From: Camelus dromedarius | Taxonomy: Eukaryota | Length of the DNA stretch: 64,000 nucleotides | Assembly (NCBI RefSeq): GCF_036321535.1 | Contig: NC_087437.1 | Location: 118,174,001-118,238,000 of the forward strand | Direction: 5' to 3' | Part shown: positions 1 to 11,693 of the stretch, one piece after another | Layout: each line of letters begins with the position of its first letter | Position numbering within the stretch: position 1 is the stretch's first letter | Position numbers and translations under genes: made by a program | The notes under the pieces: generated by a model | The model's database searches: none | Told to the model about the DNA's origin: nothing | The model's input: only the letters and a program-made list of their open reading frames with translations

Positions 1-384
1 GGCCACCATCTCCCTTTTTGCCCCAAATGCCTAAACCAATCACTTTCCTTTATTTGGATGAATCTGAAACCAGTCAAGAGAATGTACTGAAGTCAGTGGT
101 GAGGATGAATCAGAGGAAGTCGGATCAAGCCCACAATCAAGCAGAACAAAGGAAACAGTTTGAGCATAGGTAGGAGGCAGGAATAAGGGTCCTGTGAAAG
201 TATTGGCAAAGCCACATTCAGAAAGACACTTTTGGTGTGCTTTAGGGGCTAAAAGGACTCCTCTCCTACCCCCACCAAGAAGAGAGTCCCTAAAGGGCTT
301 TGCCTATTATTAAAGATATTTCTGATAAATTTCTGATTAATAAATAATGTTTCGCCACCTGTTAACAGTACCACCATTCACTAA

Positions 385-720
385 GTTCCTTAAAGCAAAA
401 ATCTCAGTTGTCCTTGATGGTCGTCTCTCTTTCACTCCTCACAGCCAATCTATCAGCCAATGTACCAAATCTTCCCCAAACATTTCCTAAATCTGTCCTC
501 TTTCCTCTGCCCCCATATCTGCTACTCCAGTTAAGGCTCCAGTGTCTCTTGTAATCACTCATTCAATAATACATTTGCTCCCCACTCACAACTGTTCTCT
601 AATTCAGTAACCATGGTCACATTGTCCGCCTGCCCAGATTTCAACAGTTTTCCATTGTCCCTACAAGCTCTTTGACTGGCCTGAGAAGGCCTCCCATTTT
701 CTGACCTGCCTACCTCTCAG
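385..720 (+). mobile_element. L2 LINE fragment (ancient)
   Basis: Pyrimidine-rich L2-like motifs, e.g. 'gtccttgatggtcgtctctctttcactcctcacagccaatctatcagc'. Confidence 0.55.
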
Positions 721-3700
721 CCCTATGTCTCCAAGCTCATCCCCCTTAGGGGGTCTTTGCCCACCCTGAGGACCCACACAGGGCTGAGTCCCTTTTTGCT
801 GTTACATCCCAGCATCACCATAGACCTTTTCCTCTCGACTCCATACTTGGCCATTCTGGACCTGACCATACTGGTACCTTGCTTTACAGTAGTATGAATA
901 AAAATAATGCCAGAAAGGTACAAAATAGAATCTGAATCCAATAAAACCTAAAACATCATAAACTAGATTCTAGAAATAGAATTTTCAGATTTGTCCTACC
1001 CAAAAGTGATGTCTGTTCCTATGAAAACATCTAGCTCAGACTTAATCTTTAATCATTGTATCTAAGGCTTCAAAGAACACTACTTTTATATAAATCACCT
1101 TTGGTTGCCTTAAATTCTAAAGTAGTATCTTCCAAGTTGGAAAGGATTATCATGGGTTATCTAAATGGATAAAAGTAAATAAAAATAAAAATTGCCACAA
1201 TCATCCAGGATTTGTGGTGCACAGTCCCATCATAAAGAACTGTGTTGCTATTGTTTAATATATTATTTCCTAAAAATTTTTGAACTCAGAATCCACATGA
1301 TCTTTTTCCTATCCTAATCTTAGCCTCTCCATGGACACAGCAGGAGAAATGCTGGAAAATACCCCATTTTATGAACCTGCAGGGAACACGCTTGGAAAAG
1401 CATCATTCATTTAAAGGACATTTTCCTATGGTCCTAGTCTTGCCCCAGAATTTCAGAGCTCATAACCAGCAGGAAAACAACACTTCACTTAATGTAGCAT
1501 TAATTTTTAAACTATGACATTCATAATCTGCCTATTCCTGGCTTGATGGTGTGCCAACTGTGCGTGTTTAACCATGTACTCTGAAGGTTCAGCTAAAAAC
1601 TCTCGTTATCCAGGTGTACTTTCCTCAAGTTTTCATTATAGAACATTTTAAACATACATAAAGACAAAAATGAGTACAATGAACCTCCATGTACCCATCA
1701 TCCCTTTCAACAACGGTCGAGTCTTGCTGTGCCCCACCCCCACACACTGGAGCAATTTGGAGCAAATCACAGATATCATAAAGGCATTTTTAAAGAACTA
1801 CATATTGGTGAATGACTGTTACCAAGAATAAAAAAAGCCACAACTTCCATGGTCAACATTTATACATACATAAACACACATACACACAAATTCACATTTG
1901 TTAAAACAAATTAATTCCAGCCGCTTCTGATCTTAGGCTGGCATCTCTGAATTCATTTCATGGCCTGGGAAGGTGTGCTAATGAATCTGTCTCTTATGTT
2001 CAGTTACTGTTGATGAGGACTAGGTATAAAATATTTGTTCCAGACCACGGGCACCAATACGGTAGCACACGTATGACTGTCAGAGCTGTCTGATCCACAC
2101 AAACCTGCCAACAAAAGCAGGTCAGCAGGCTAGAGTGGAGAAGAAAATCAATAAATCTTTGAATTAATCATGCAGCCGTCAGAGAGAATAAGGGTGCACA
2201 GAATGAAATGTATATGTATGGCCTATTTGCTTTTTCTTTCTTCCTTTAGTTTTTCTTTCATTTCCATCTGATACGTGGTCCCTCTTATAGGACACCCACT
2301 CCAATCATTTTCACTTCCATAACTGAGTTCAGATAATTGTGCTTAATTTACAGTTTCTGTCTCACCTAATTCTTTGAAAAAAGGATCTGAGACTAAGGAT
2401 AGATACTCCAAATTTATTTAAAAGTGCATTCTAAATTGCTGTTTTTCCACCAGTCTTTAAATGCTGGTCCCATATGATAGTTATTAATAAGCAACTATGC
2501 TTCTCCATAAGACTGGATTTTGCATCCTGTGTAATAACCTGACAAACACAAAGACTTTTACTGAAGCTTTTACACATTGGGTCTAAAATATCTGACATTC
2601 ATTCTGCCTCAATTTAATGGGCCCTCCAAAAGAGAAATATCCTAAATCATGTGTCTGCAGGCCTTCCTGTTCTATTTCTGAATAACTATTTCACAACGCT
2701 ATACATAAAAAATCTATAAACCAATAGCCACTATTAGCGAAAAGCTTAATCTTAAATCCTGAATTTAAAATGAAAGCAACTTTGGATGCATTTTCTTCCC
2801 ATGTACAGCAAACAGCTGTAAGATTTGAGATTATCAGTGATGAATGTGCAATAAATATATATTTTTTAAATACACGAAATGTGTTTTTTTCCAGTTTAAT
2901 TATTTTTCTTTAAAAGATTAATAACTATGCATGTACTTACTATCTACAAAGTGTTTTTTAATCTCAATTAAAGGTATTTAAAATAAACATTTTGATAATT
3001 TTGGATAAAGGAAGAGAGGAACACATATGTATTTATCTTTTGTTTCAACAAATCAAACCCAGTAAATAAGATCAAGAGATTCAGGGAAATAAACCTGGAT
3101 TCATGTGTTCAGGACATTAATAAATCATGTAAGCAGTCCAGTTAAAGATCATTCATCAGGCCTCAAAAAAACCAGAGGTTCTGTGTGTCTCACATGTAAA
3201 ATCAACTTCAGAGTTTCATGGAAACCTTCACTGCAGAATCACTGAAGGCAGAACCAGAAATGGGATGTTTAGATTTTCTTCACTTAGTGATGAGATGGTG
3301 CAGAATTTAGCAGAAGAAGAAATGACTGATATATACATTGGTATATTTTTTCTTCATTGAATGGCAAGAGATGGAGGAGAATTTAGCAGAAGAGGGAATA
3401 ACTGGGACAACAGACTGCTAGAAAATAATGACAATGCAAAGTTTATGTACCCTGAATAAATTCTGTGGATAACTTAAAAATTATCTGCAAGGCTGAAATA
3501 TACTGGTTATTCATGGTAAGAACTTACAATACAAAAAATATTTTTTTTAAAGAGCCTGAATTCTAGAATAATTTTTTACCAAACATTACTTGGAAGTCAG
3601 AGCTGTAGAAATGTCACATGCATCCAGAGTGTGTGCGCTCTGGCTTTCCGCAGAGGGCTGGAGCCTGGCTGCGTTCCCTTTTGGGAAATGGTTCCGAGTT

Positions 3701-4307
3701 CACTGGGCTTTTTTCAATGATAGGGTTTCAAAGCAAGCAGATAACAATGCCAAGAACTAAAAATGTCACCATCTAATTAGGGAGGGGGAACTCAGGATGG
3801 CCTTTCTTTCTTAATATCATCTGCAGTTTGAAAATAACTTGATGAAGGCTTTTTATAAAAAACCCCTCACTTTTCCTGGTACAAGAACAATTGTAATGAA
3901 AGTTACTGGTATGATGCAATGAGCACCAAAGGAGGAAAACATGTGTGCATAACAGATGGAGCAAAGGAAGCAAGGACAAATGAGAGACGAGAATAAGGGC
4001 GAGGCTGAAAGTTTTAATATAAAACTTAGTTCAAAAAGAGAGAGAGAGAAAGAGAGACACTACCCAACATCTCTATCACAAAGTCTAACGTGGTGTGAAT
4101 ACCCAGTGAACCTAGGTTAGGGGAAGTAACAGTAGGGTTAGGAGGGTATAACAACTGGGTGGCAAGGCTGAAAGGAAGGGAAAAGGTTTGGAATTAATGC
4201 AGGTTTGAGGACTAATGTGTTTTTCTGGGGACCCACTGTTCCATTCATTACCTCCTCAGCACATTCCTGATCCAAAAAAGGTCAAGAAATATTGATTTAA
4301 GGACATT

Positions 4308-4345
4308 TCTATCTATCTACATCTATCTATCTGTCTATCCATCTA
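4308..4345. repeat. Degenerate (TCTA)n microsatellite
   Basis: tctatctatctacatctatctatctgtctatccatcta. Confidence 0.8.
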
Positions 4346-4514
4346 TGTGTGTACCATATATATAGAAACTACCAATAAACATTCCCAGATATACAACATA
4401 TTATTTGCATCAAAATGCATTTTAAATATTTGATATTGAAATAAAACTTAGAAAGTCAGAATTTTAAGTCTATTTCAAAGTGATTCATTTTGAGAAGTAC
4501 AATTTTCAATGGCT

Positions 4515-4670
4515 GTTTTATTATAGCTTAGTCAGTTTACAATGTTGTGTCAATTTCTGGTATAGATCATAATGTTTCAATCATACATATACATATGTAT
4601 ATTCCTTTTCATATCCTTTTTCATTATAGGTTACTACAGGATACTGAAAATAGTTATAGTTTCCTGTGCT
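4515..4670 (-). mobile_element. Short L1 3'-end fragment (cetartiodactyl type)
   Basis: 'tagtcagtttacaatgttgtgtcaatttctgg...ccattatagg-like...gttactacagga'; similar to the copies at 23664, 32371 and 59235. Confidence 0.7.
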
Positions 4671-4751
4671 CAATGAACTTCTTTTAAATCAATTATTAAA
4701 GGCACTTCGTTAGCCTTTGCCATTCGTTCAATATGGTAAACCTACTGACTT

Positions 4752-5679
4752 CTTTTTTTTTTATATTTTTTATTGAGTTATAGTCATTTTACATTGTTGT
4801 GTCAAATTCCAGTATAGAGCACAATTTTTCAGTTATACATGAACATATGTATATTCATTGTCACATTTTTTTTCACTGTGAGCTACCACAAAATCTTGTA
4901 TGTATTTCCCTATGCTATACAGTATAATCTTGTGTATCTATTCTGCATATGCCTGCCAGTATCTACAAATTTTGAAATACCAGTCTGTCCCTTCCCACCC
5001 CCCGACCCCTTGGCAACCACAAGTTTGTATTCTGTGTCTATGAGTCTGTTTCTGTTTTGTATTTATGTTCTTTTTTTTTTTTTTTTAAGATTCCACATAT
5101 AAGCGATCTCATATGGTATTTTTCTTTCTCTTTCTGGCTTACTTCACTTAGAATGACATTCTCCAGGAACATCCATGCTGCTGCAAATGGCATTATGTTG
5201 TCTTTTTTATGGCTGAATAGTATTCTATTGTATAAATATACCACATTTTCTTTATCCAGTCATCTGTCGATGGACATTTAGGCTGTCTCCATGTCTTGGC
5301 TATTGTAAATAGTGCTGCTATGAACATTGGGGTGCAGGTGTCATCCTGAAGTAGGGTTCCTTCTGGATATAAGCCCAGGAGCGGGATTCCTGGGTCATAT
5401 GGTAAGTCTATTCCTAGTCTTTTGAGGAATCTCTATACTGTTTTCCACAGTGGCTGCACCAAACTGCATTCCCACCAGCAGTGTAGGAGGGCTCCCTTTT
5501 CTCCCCAGCCTCTCCAGCATTTGTCATTTGTGGACTTTCGAATGATGGCCATTCTGGCTGGTGTGAGGTGATACCTCATTGTAGTTTTGATTTGCATTTC
5601 TCTGATAATTAGTGATATTGAGCATTTTTTCATGCGCCTATTGATCATTTGTATTTCTTCCTGGGAGAATTGCTTGTTT
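4752..5679 (-). mobile_element. Young 5'-truncated L1 (ORF2 C-terminus, 3'UTR, polyA) with 11-bp TSD
   Basis: TSD cctactgactt at 4741-4751 and 5680-5690. T-rich tail at 4753-4771. ORF2 peptides [20 protein letters not shown]...[14 protein letters not shown] and ...ENVILSEVSQKEKEKYHM. The minus-strand target reads TTT/AAAG, like the L1 endonuclease site. Confidence 0.95.
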
Positions 5680-6759
5680 CCTACTGACTTTAAATAAGTT
5701 ATTTCTGTGTGCCTCTAGCTCACCTGTGCCCTTTTAAAATGGCTCACATAATTTAAAGTGGCAACTTTAAAAACAATGCCTTCTGCATATATTAAATGCT
5801 TACATGACAGCAATGAAGGAATTAAAAATTACTTGTGCAAAAACAACCACACAAAATCCCAGGTTTGAGTCCCCACTTTGCCAACTCACTGCCCAGATGT
5901 CTCTTTCTTCCTATAAGAAATGATCTTCTGATGCAAAATCTAATCCTGTGACACAGATAGGACGGTCCAGACCACATTCCCATCCTCATTCAGGTTCACA
6001 TCTGGGAGCCCCCTGATGCTAACCATGTGACCTTCCCATGGCTCCACCTTCCAGTTCAGGAAGATAGTCCGAAGCTCTTCCACAGAGAAATCTACAAAGT
6101 TTAGATGCAGCATCATAAATTGGTAGAGCACATTTGCCTCTGATTTGCCCACCTATACGCTCTTCGCATTGGAAGGAGAGGTTGATGTGAAACTGTACTT
6201 TGCAGTAGTAGGAAAAAAATAGAAAAGTAAAAGCTCTAAATAAAGCATTAACAATAATTTGAAAGGAAATAGCACCACCATTTTGATGGAAAAGATACTC
6301 ATTCAGCATTCAGTCAACAAATATTTATTAAGCCTTATTAGGTACTAGGCATCATAATATTACACTTGAAGTCAATGGGAAGGGCCAATTTTAAATAAAA
6401 TTGAAATGAAGAAAATTATTTGCATCCTAGACAGTTTCATCTATTTTGGGTTTTTTTGTTGTTGTTGTGCAGTATTGTTTCGAGAGATTTAAAGTCCTTA
6501 AACTTGTCCTCAAACCACAATAAAGTGCTTTCAGCAGATCAAATGTCCAGAAAGTTAAGCCTAGTTTGGATCATATCATATTTGAAAATATTTTATTTGC
6601 TTAAACAAGTTCCTACTCTCAAGTTAAGGGTGTTATAGGTTGTGTGTCAGTCAGTTGACAAATTTTCGTTGACTCATGAATTTATGTACTGCAGGAAACT
6701 GAAAGGAAGTTTTTAAAAACACAAATCTCTGTCTTTTAGAGGGGGGAATTGCAAGGTAG

Positions 6760-6880
6760 GATCTTGTGCAAGTTACTGAAATTCTCTGTGCCTCAGTTTC
6801 TTCATCAGTAAAGTGGGCTGATGAGAATAACCACCCATGGGATTGTTGTGAGGTTGTCAGACACAATCTGACACACATTG
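6760..6880 (+). mobile_element. MIR SINE fragment
   Basis: Core 'ctctgtgcctcagtttcttcatcagtaaagtggg...ggattgttgtgagg'. Confidence 0.75.
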
Positions 6881-7319
6881 TCAGCTATTTAATAACCCAA
6901 ATGTGTTGCAAGTGTTTAAATTTAGGTCCAAACCCTCCCTGCAAGCATATATTCTGATTTATCTGTGATGGTTAAGGCAAAAAATAAGATCATTTCATTG
7001 TAGTTTTTCGGTCATTTTACATCATCCAATTTCTGTTCCAAAAAAGTAAACATTTAATAAAGAGTTGTTTATTTTGTTAAAATTACTATTAGTTCAGTAG
7101 CATTCTAATGCTCTTCCACTGAATTTGTAAGATTTTAGATCATTTATCCATGACTTCTTCAGCCTACCTTGAATTTTAACAGCTCTTCTTAAATAGAATT
7201 ATTTCTGCTTTTACTCCCTTCACACAAGCAACTCCTTTGTTTTGGAGCAAGGAGTCTTGACTACCCAGTTTCTGGAGTAGGAACATGTCAGATTGGTGGA
7301 AGATAATAATATCACAACG

Positions 7320-7515
7320 ACGACACCAATATTTATGGCAAACGCTGTTCTAAGCACTTTACACACATCAACTCACTGAAATGCTACAACGTTTTACTAT
7401 CGTTCCCATTTCATGACTGAGGACACTGAGGCACAGAAAAATTACGTGATTAGCCCATTGGTCTGTGGTGGGTCTGGAACACAGACCTACACCCTGGCTT
7501 CAGACTCCAGCCTCT
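7320..7515 (-). mobile_element. MIR SINE fragment
   Basis: 'ctgttctaagcactttaca...cccatttcatgactgaggacactgaggcacaga'. Confidence 0.75.
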
Positions 7516-8151
7516 CACAGCTAGAGATCAAGACCTGGCTAAATATGTAGAATTCATGGAGCACCTGTCCCGGCATTTCTAATCTTTAAACACTGTACCC
7601 AGTTCCAAAGAGAGGCAATCAGTTGTTGAAGTTCTCACAGCTGTGAAACTGGAACCCAAATCCAGACCTCCCTGAATTCAAACTCAAGCCCTCATGTAGA
7701 CATGCCAAAATAGAAGTCTGGCAGAAGCCTGAACATATGACCCACCTGGGAAATTTTTAAAAGTCTGTTTTGGTTTATTTACTGTATTTGCTTATCAGCT
7801 TTTCTGAAAAGAATATCTCAACGAGGCTCTCCTGCATAGCCATGTGTGCTGGTTTTCAGTCTTCATACAGCCCAACTCTGAACAGTCAATACTATCATCA
7901 TCCCAATGTTCCAGAAACTACACAGACTGAAACAGTCTGTAGTCTTCTCATTATGTCCCTGCGTGTGGACACAGCAATTCTCAATGCAATTTTCCAAATA
8001 TGGTTCAGTTATAGACGTTCCAGTACTAAGTGACTGTTTATCCAATATAACTACGGTGACCTTGGAACTGACTTTGGGATTTGGGGTATTCAGGGAAAAA
8101 AGAATTTTATTGCATGTAAGTTTTCAGACCACTAATCATTTGGGAAATTTA

Positions 8152-8621
8152 CAGTAGTCCCTTCTTATCCACAGTTCTACTTTCTAAGGTTTCAATACCT
8201 ACTGTCAACTGCAGCTCAAAAATATTAAAATTCCAGAAAAAAAACTGTAACTTTTAAATTGTGCACCATTCTCAGTAGCGTGATGAAGTTTTACGCCATC
8301 CCGCTCCATCCTGCGTGGGATATGAATCATCCCTTTGTCCAGAGTATCCACAGAGAATGAGCTACCCACCAGTCAGTCACTTAGCAGCCCTCTTGGTTCT
8401 AGTAACCCTTATTTTACTTAACAGTGGCCCCAAAATGCAAGAGTAGTGACGCTGGCACTTCAGATATTCTCTTATTGGGCCTAATTTATTATTAAATGTT
8501 AACATAGGTATGTGTATACAGGAGAAAGCATAGTATATGTAGGGTCTGCTGCCCTCTGCAGTCTCGGGCACCCACTGGAATGTATCTTGGAGTGTATCCC
8601 CCATGGATGGGGGAGCCGCTA
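8152..8621. mobile_element. MER44-like (Tigger7-derived, TcMar) DNA transposon
   Basis: Starts ta|cagtagtccc.ttcttatcc and ends in a degenerate inverted terminus ggatggggggagccgcta|ta. Internal 'tgaatcatccctttgtccag' matches the recalled MER44 consensus. Confidence 0.8.
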
Positions 8622-8884
8622 TATTATTCATTCTTCCACTGATAAATAACACCCTTTACTTTAGAGAAGGGAAACACAGGACTCTGAGAAGCCAGATAAT
8701 CCACTATATCTGAAAATAGAATCATTTCTCAAAAACAAGAGTGCTCACTGTGTCATCGCACTGCTTCATATCACCTTCTGTGGTATTACACAGCCCAGAA
8801 CGTTGAGTAGGGAAGCACTGTAACGTGGGCTTCAGAAATTGCAGAATTAGATTCAGAAAGTGAGTTTATATGCATATTATCCAC

Positions 8885-9200
8885 GTTAGTCATCTTGGGC
8901 TGCCATAACAAAATACCACAGACTGGGGGCCTTAAACAGCAGACATTTATTTCTCACAGCTCTGGAGGCTGAAGGTCTGAGATTAGGGTCTCAGCACAGT
9001 TGGGTTCTGGTGAAATCTCTCCTCCTTGCTGGGTACTCATACGTCTCTCTTCCTCTTACACAGTCCCGTTGGATTCGGGCCCAACCCTTATGACCTCATC
9101 TAATGTTAATCACCATCTAAAGACCCCCATCTCAAATATAGCCACACTGGGTGTCAGGCCTTATGAATCTGGGGGTGGCGGCACGATCCAGTCCACAGCA
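8885..9200 (-). mobile_element. MaLR LTR (MLT1A-C-like)
   Basis: 'gggctgccataacaaaataccacagactggg...atttatttctcacagctctggaggctg'. Confidence 0.85.
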
Positions 9201-9579
9201 TGATCTGAAAATGCAAGTCAAGCAGTTTGCCTACAGCCCCTAATGTCTTGGCCCTGGACCATCTTGATTCTGTCTCCATCCTGGCCTCCAGCCCAGTGTG
9301 ACACACACAGCTGAAGGAGAGGCAGCTGATGGGGTGGCTGCCAGATGGCATTCTGACCCTGTGGGGCGGGGCTGGGGCCGCACAGGAACAGCCGGGGATT
9401 CACACTTCTCGTCACACTGCTGAGGCTTTCTGCTTTTTGTTTCCTTCCTTTTAAAATAATTTTTGTAAGGGTCTCCTTTATACACATTTATCAGTTGTCT
9501 ATTCTGTGTCAAGCAGGAGGTATAAAGATATAAAATATGTGAAAGAGACAGTCAAAAGGAAATGGAAGTACTTGTTAAG

Positions 9580-10005
9580 GTAGTGGGCTGAACAGTGTTC
9601 TCCCAAAATTTCTTCCTTCCCAGAACCTCAGAAGGTGACCTTATTTGGAAATAGGGTCATTGCAAATGTAATTAGTCAAGATGAGATCATATTGGGGTAG
9701 GGTGGGTCCTTAATCCAAAGGGACTGGTGTCCTTATAAGAAGAGACACAGAGTCACACACAGAGGAAGACAGACACGTAATGACAGAGACAGAGATTGGA
9801 GTGGTGTGTCTACAAGCTAAGGAGCACCAAGGCTGCAGGAAGCAGCAGAGGCAGGGACAGACTGTGGAATAATTTCTCCCCTAGAGCCTCCAGAGAGAGC
9901 ACAATCTTCCAGACATCTTGATCTTAGACTTCTGTCTCCCAGGGCTGTGACAATAAACTTCTGTTGTTTTAAGCCACCTAGGTTGTGATACTCTGGAAAC
10001 TAATA
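9580..10005 (+). mobile_element. MaLR LTR (MLT1B/C-like)
   Basis: 'gtgaccttatttggaaatagggtc...cttataagaagag...aataaacttctgttgttttaagccacc'. Confidence 0.85.
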
Positions 10006-10894
10006 GTCACTATCTGGAAAAAAAAAAAGTAACATGAGGGCAAATTCGTTCATGGTGCGGGAAATGCTGAGTCTGTGTTAGTTACGCTCTGCTGGAAATG
10101 GCAGGGGGTGGAGGGCAGGCAGTGGGGAGTAATCAAGCCCAGGAGAAAAGGAAGGTCCAAAGTCAGGGTCATCTATGTAGAAGTGATGGATGGAGCCTGG
10201 GAAAGGAATGACAAGAACAACAGAGAAAGTGGAGATTGAGAGGGGAAGGAAGTGAGGACTGAGTTTGAGGGTCAATTCACATTTCTGAGCAGGGAAGAAA
10301 AGATGTGAACTCAAGGAAAGAGACAGTGCAGAAATAGAGACAAAAAAGTCAGCCAGGGCAGTGTAGGAGGGCAGCTGATTTTAGCTTGAAGATGAGGATA
10401 ATATAAGCAGTATTGTCATCACTGCCTGATAATATTTCATGAATGATCCAGCTAGTCTCTTCAACTTTCCTGAAATGAAATCTCACAAATGAGCAAGAGA
10501 CCAAAAAATGCACTTAGGTCCAAATTACATCTGATTAACTCAGCTGACTGTCTGTTCCTTATGTTCAGAAAGAACCAAACATCACAGGTAGAGAACAGAT
10601 CGAGGAGGAGGTCCCTAATAGCAGAACATAAAATGATACTGACATCCACGTGGAGCAAGGAAAGGATCTGGGTCAATGTGTTTGGGGATATTAAAGAATT
10701 TGGGGTGAGATCTAGCTAAAGCCTGTGACTATATGTCTATTAGGTAACAAAATCCTCAAAGTACAGATTGTCTTATTCACTTGATTTCTCCAGCATTTGG
10801 TGGTGGGCATATTCCAAAAGTGATGGTTGAGTGAGTGGAAAAAAATGAGTGAGAATAATGAGGATGGATCCATCCCTGATGGATAAGAGTGGTT

Positions 10895-11286
10895 CACTGA
10901 GCCTAGACTGTATGACTAGTAGGGTTTAGACTCAACACCTGCTTTCCTTCTAGGAGTCTGGAATCTGGGGACATTCCAGGCACTTGCCTACCTGATCAGC
11001 TCCCCCAGTAAAAACTTTGGGCACCAAGTCTTTAAAGAGCTCCCTGGTGGATTGTATTTTGTATCCACCTGTTGTCACTGCTTTTAGCCAGGGGAATTAA
11101 GCACATCCCCTGTGACTTGATGGGGAAAGAAGTCTTGGAAGCTTGCACCTGGTTTCCTCCAGACTTCTCCCTATGTGACTTTTCCCTTTGCCGATTTTGC
11201 TCTGAGTTCTTTCACACTGTGATAACAGGAAGACTATATGCAGAGTCCTGAGAGTCTTCCTAGCGAATGACCCAACCCCTGACACA
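10895..11286 (+). mobile_element. LTR fragment, MER21-like
   Basis: 'ccccagtaaaaactttgggcac...ggaagcttgcacctggtttcctccagacttc...gagtcttcctagcgaat', ending in tgacaca. Confidence 0.65.
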
Positions 11287-11615
11287 TGCATAAAATTAAA
11301 GTTCTATGAGATTAAATATAAGAAGAAAAAATTAATAACTTGGAAACCCGTTGGCTTGAGAAGTGGAATATTCAATTTGAGATTTTAGTATCCTCCTATT
11401 TTATCTTGAGGAGAACCAATGAAACCAACTTTTATCCTATGTGGAAACTGCAGCAAAAAAAAAAAAGGAAGCATTTCCCTATGTCACCCAGCTAATCTGA
11501 GCCAGAGCTGCAATTAGAAGCCATATTCTCGGAGTAATACTTGGAGTAGGAAATCAAGGGGCATTTTAGGCTGACCTAATGACCCAACAGCTTCAGCTTC
11601 AGAGCAGATGGGGTG

Positions 11616-11620
<5 letters not shown>

Positions 11621-11667
<47 letters not shown>

Positions 11668-11693
11668 CCTCCCTCCCTCTCTCTCTCTCTCTC
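11621..11693. repeat. Compound microsatellite: perfect (CA)22 followed by (CCCT)n/(CT)n
   Basis: Read directly: CA repeat 11621-11664, then ctccctccctccctctctctctctctctc. Confidence 0.97.
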
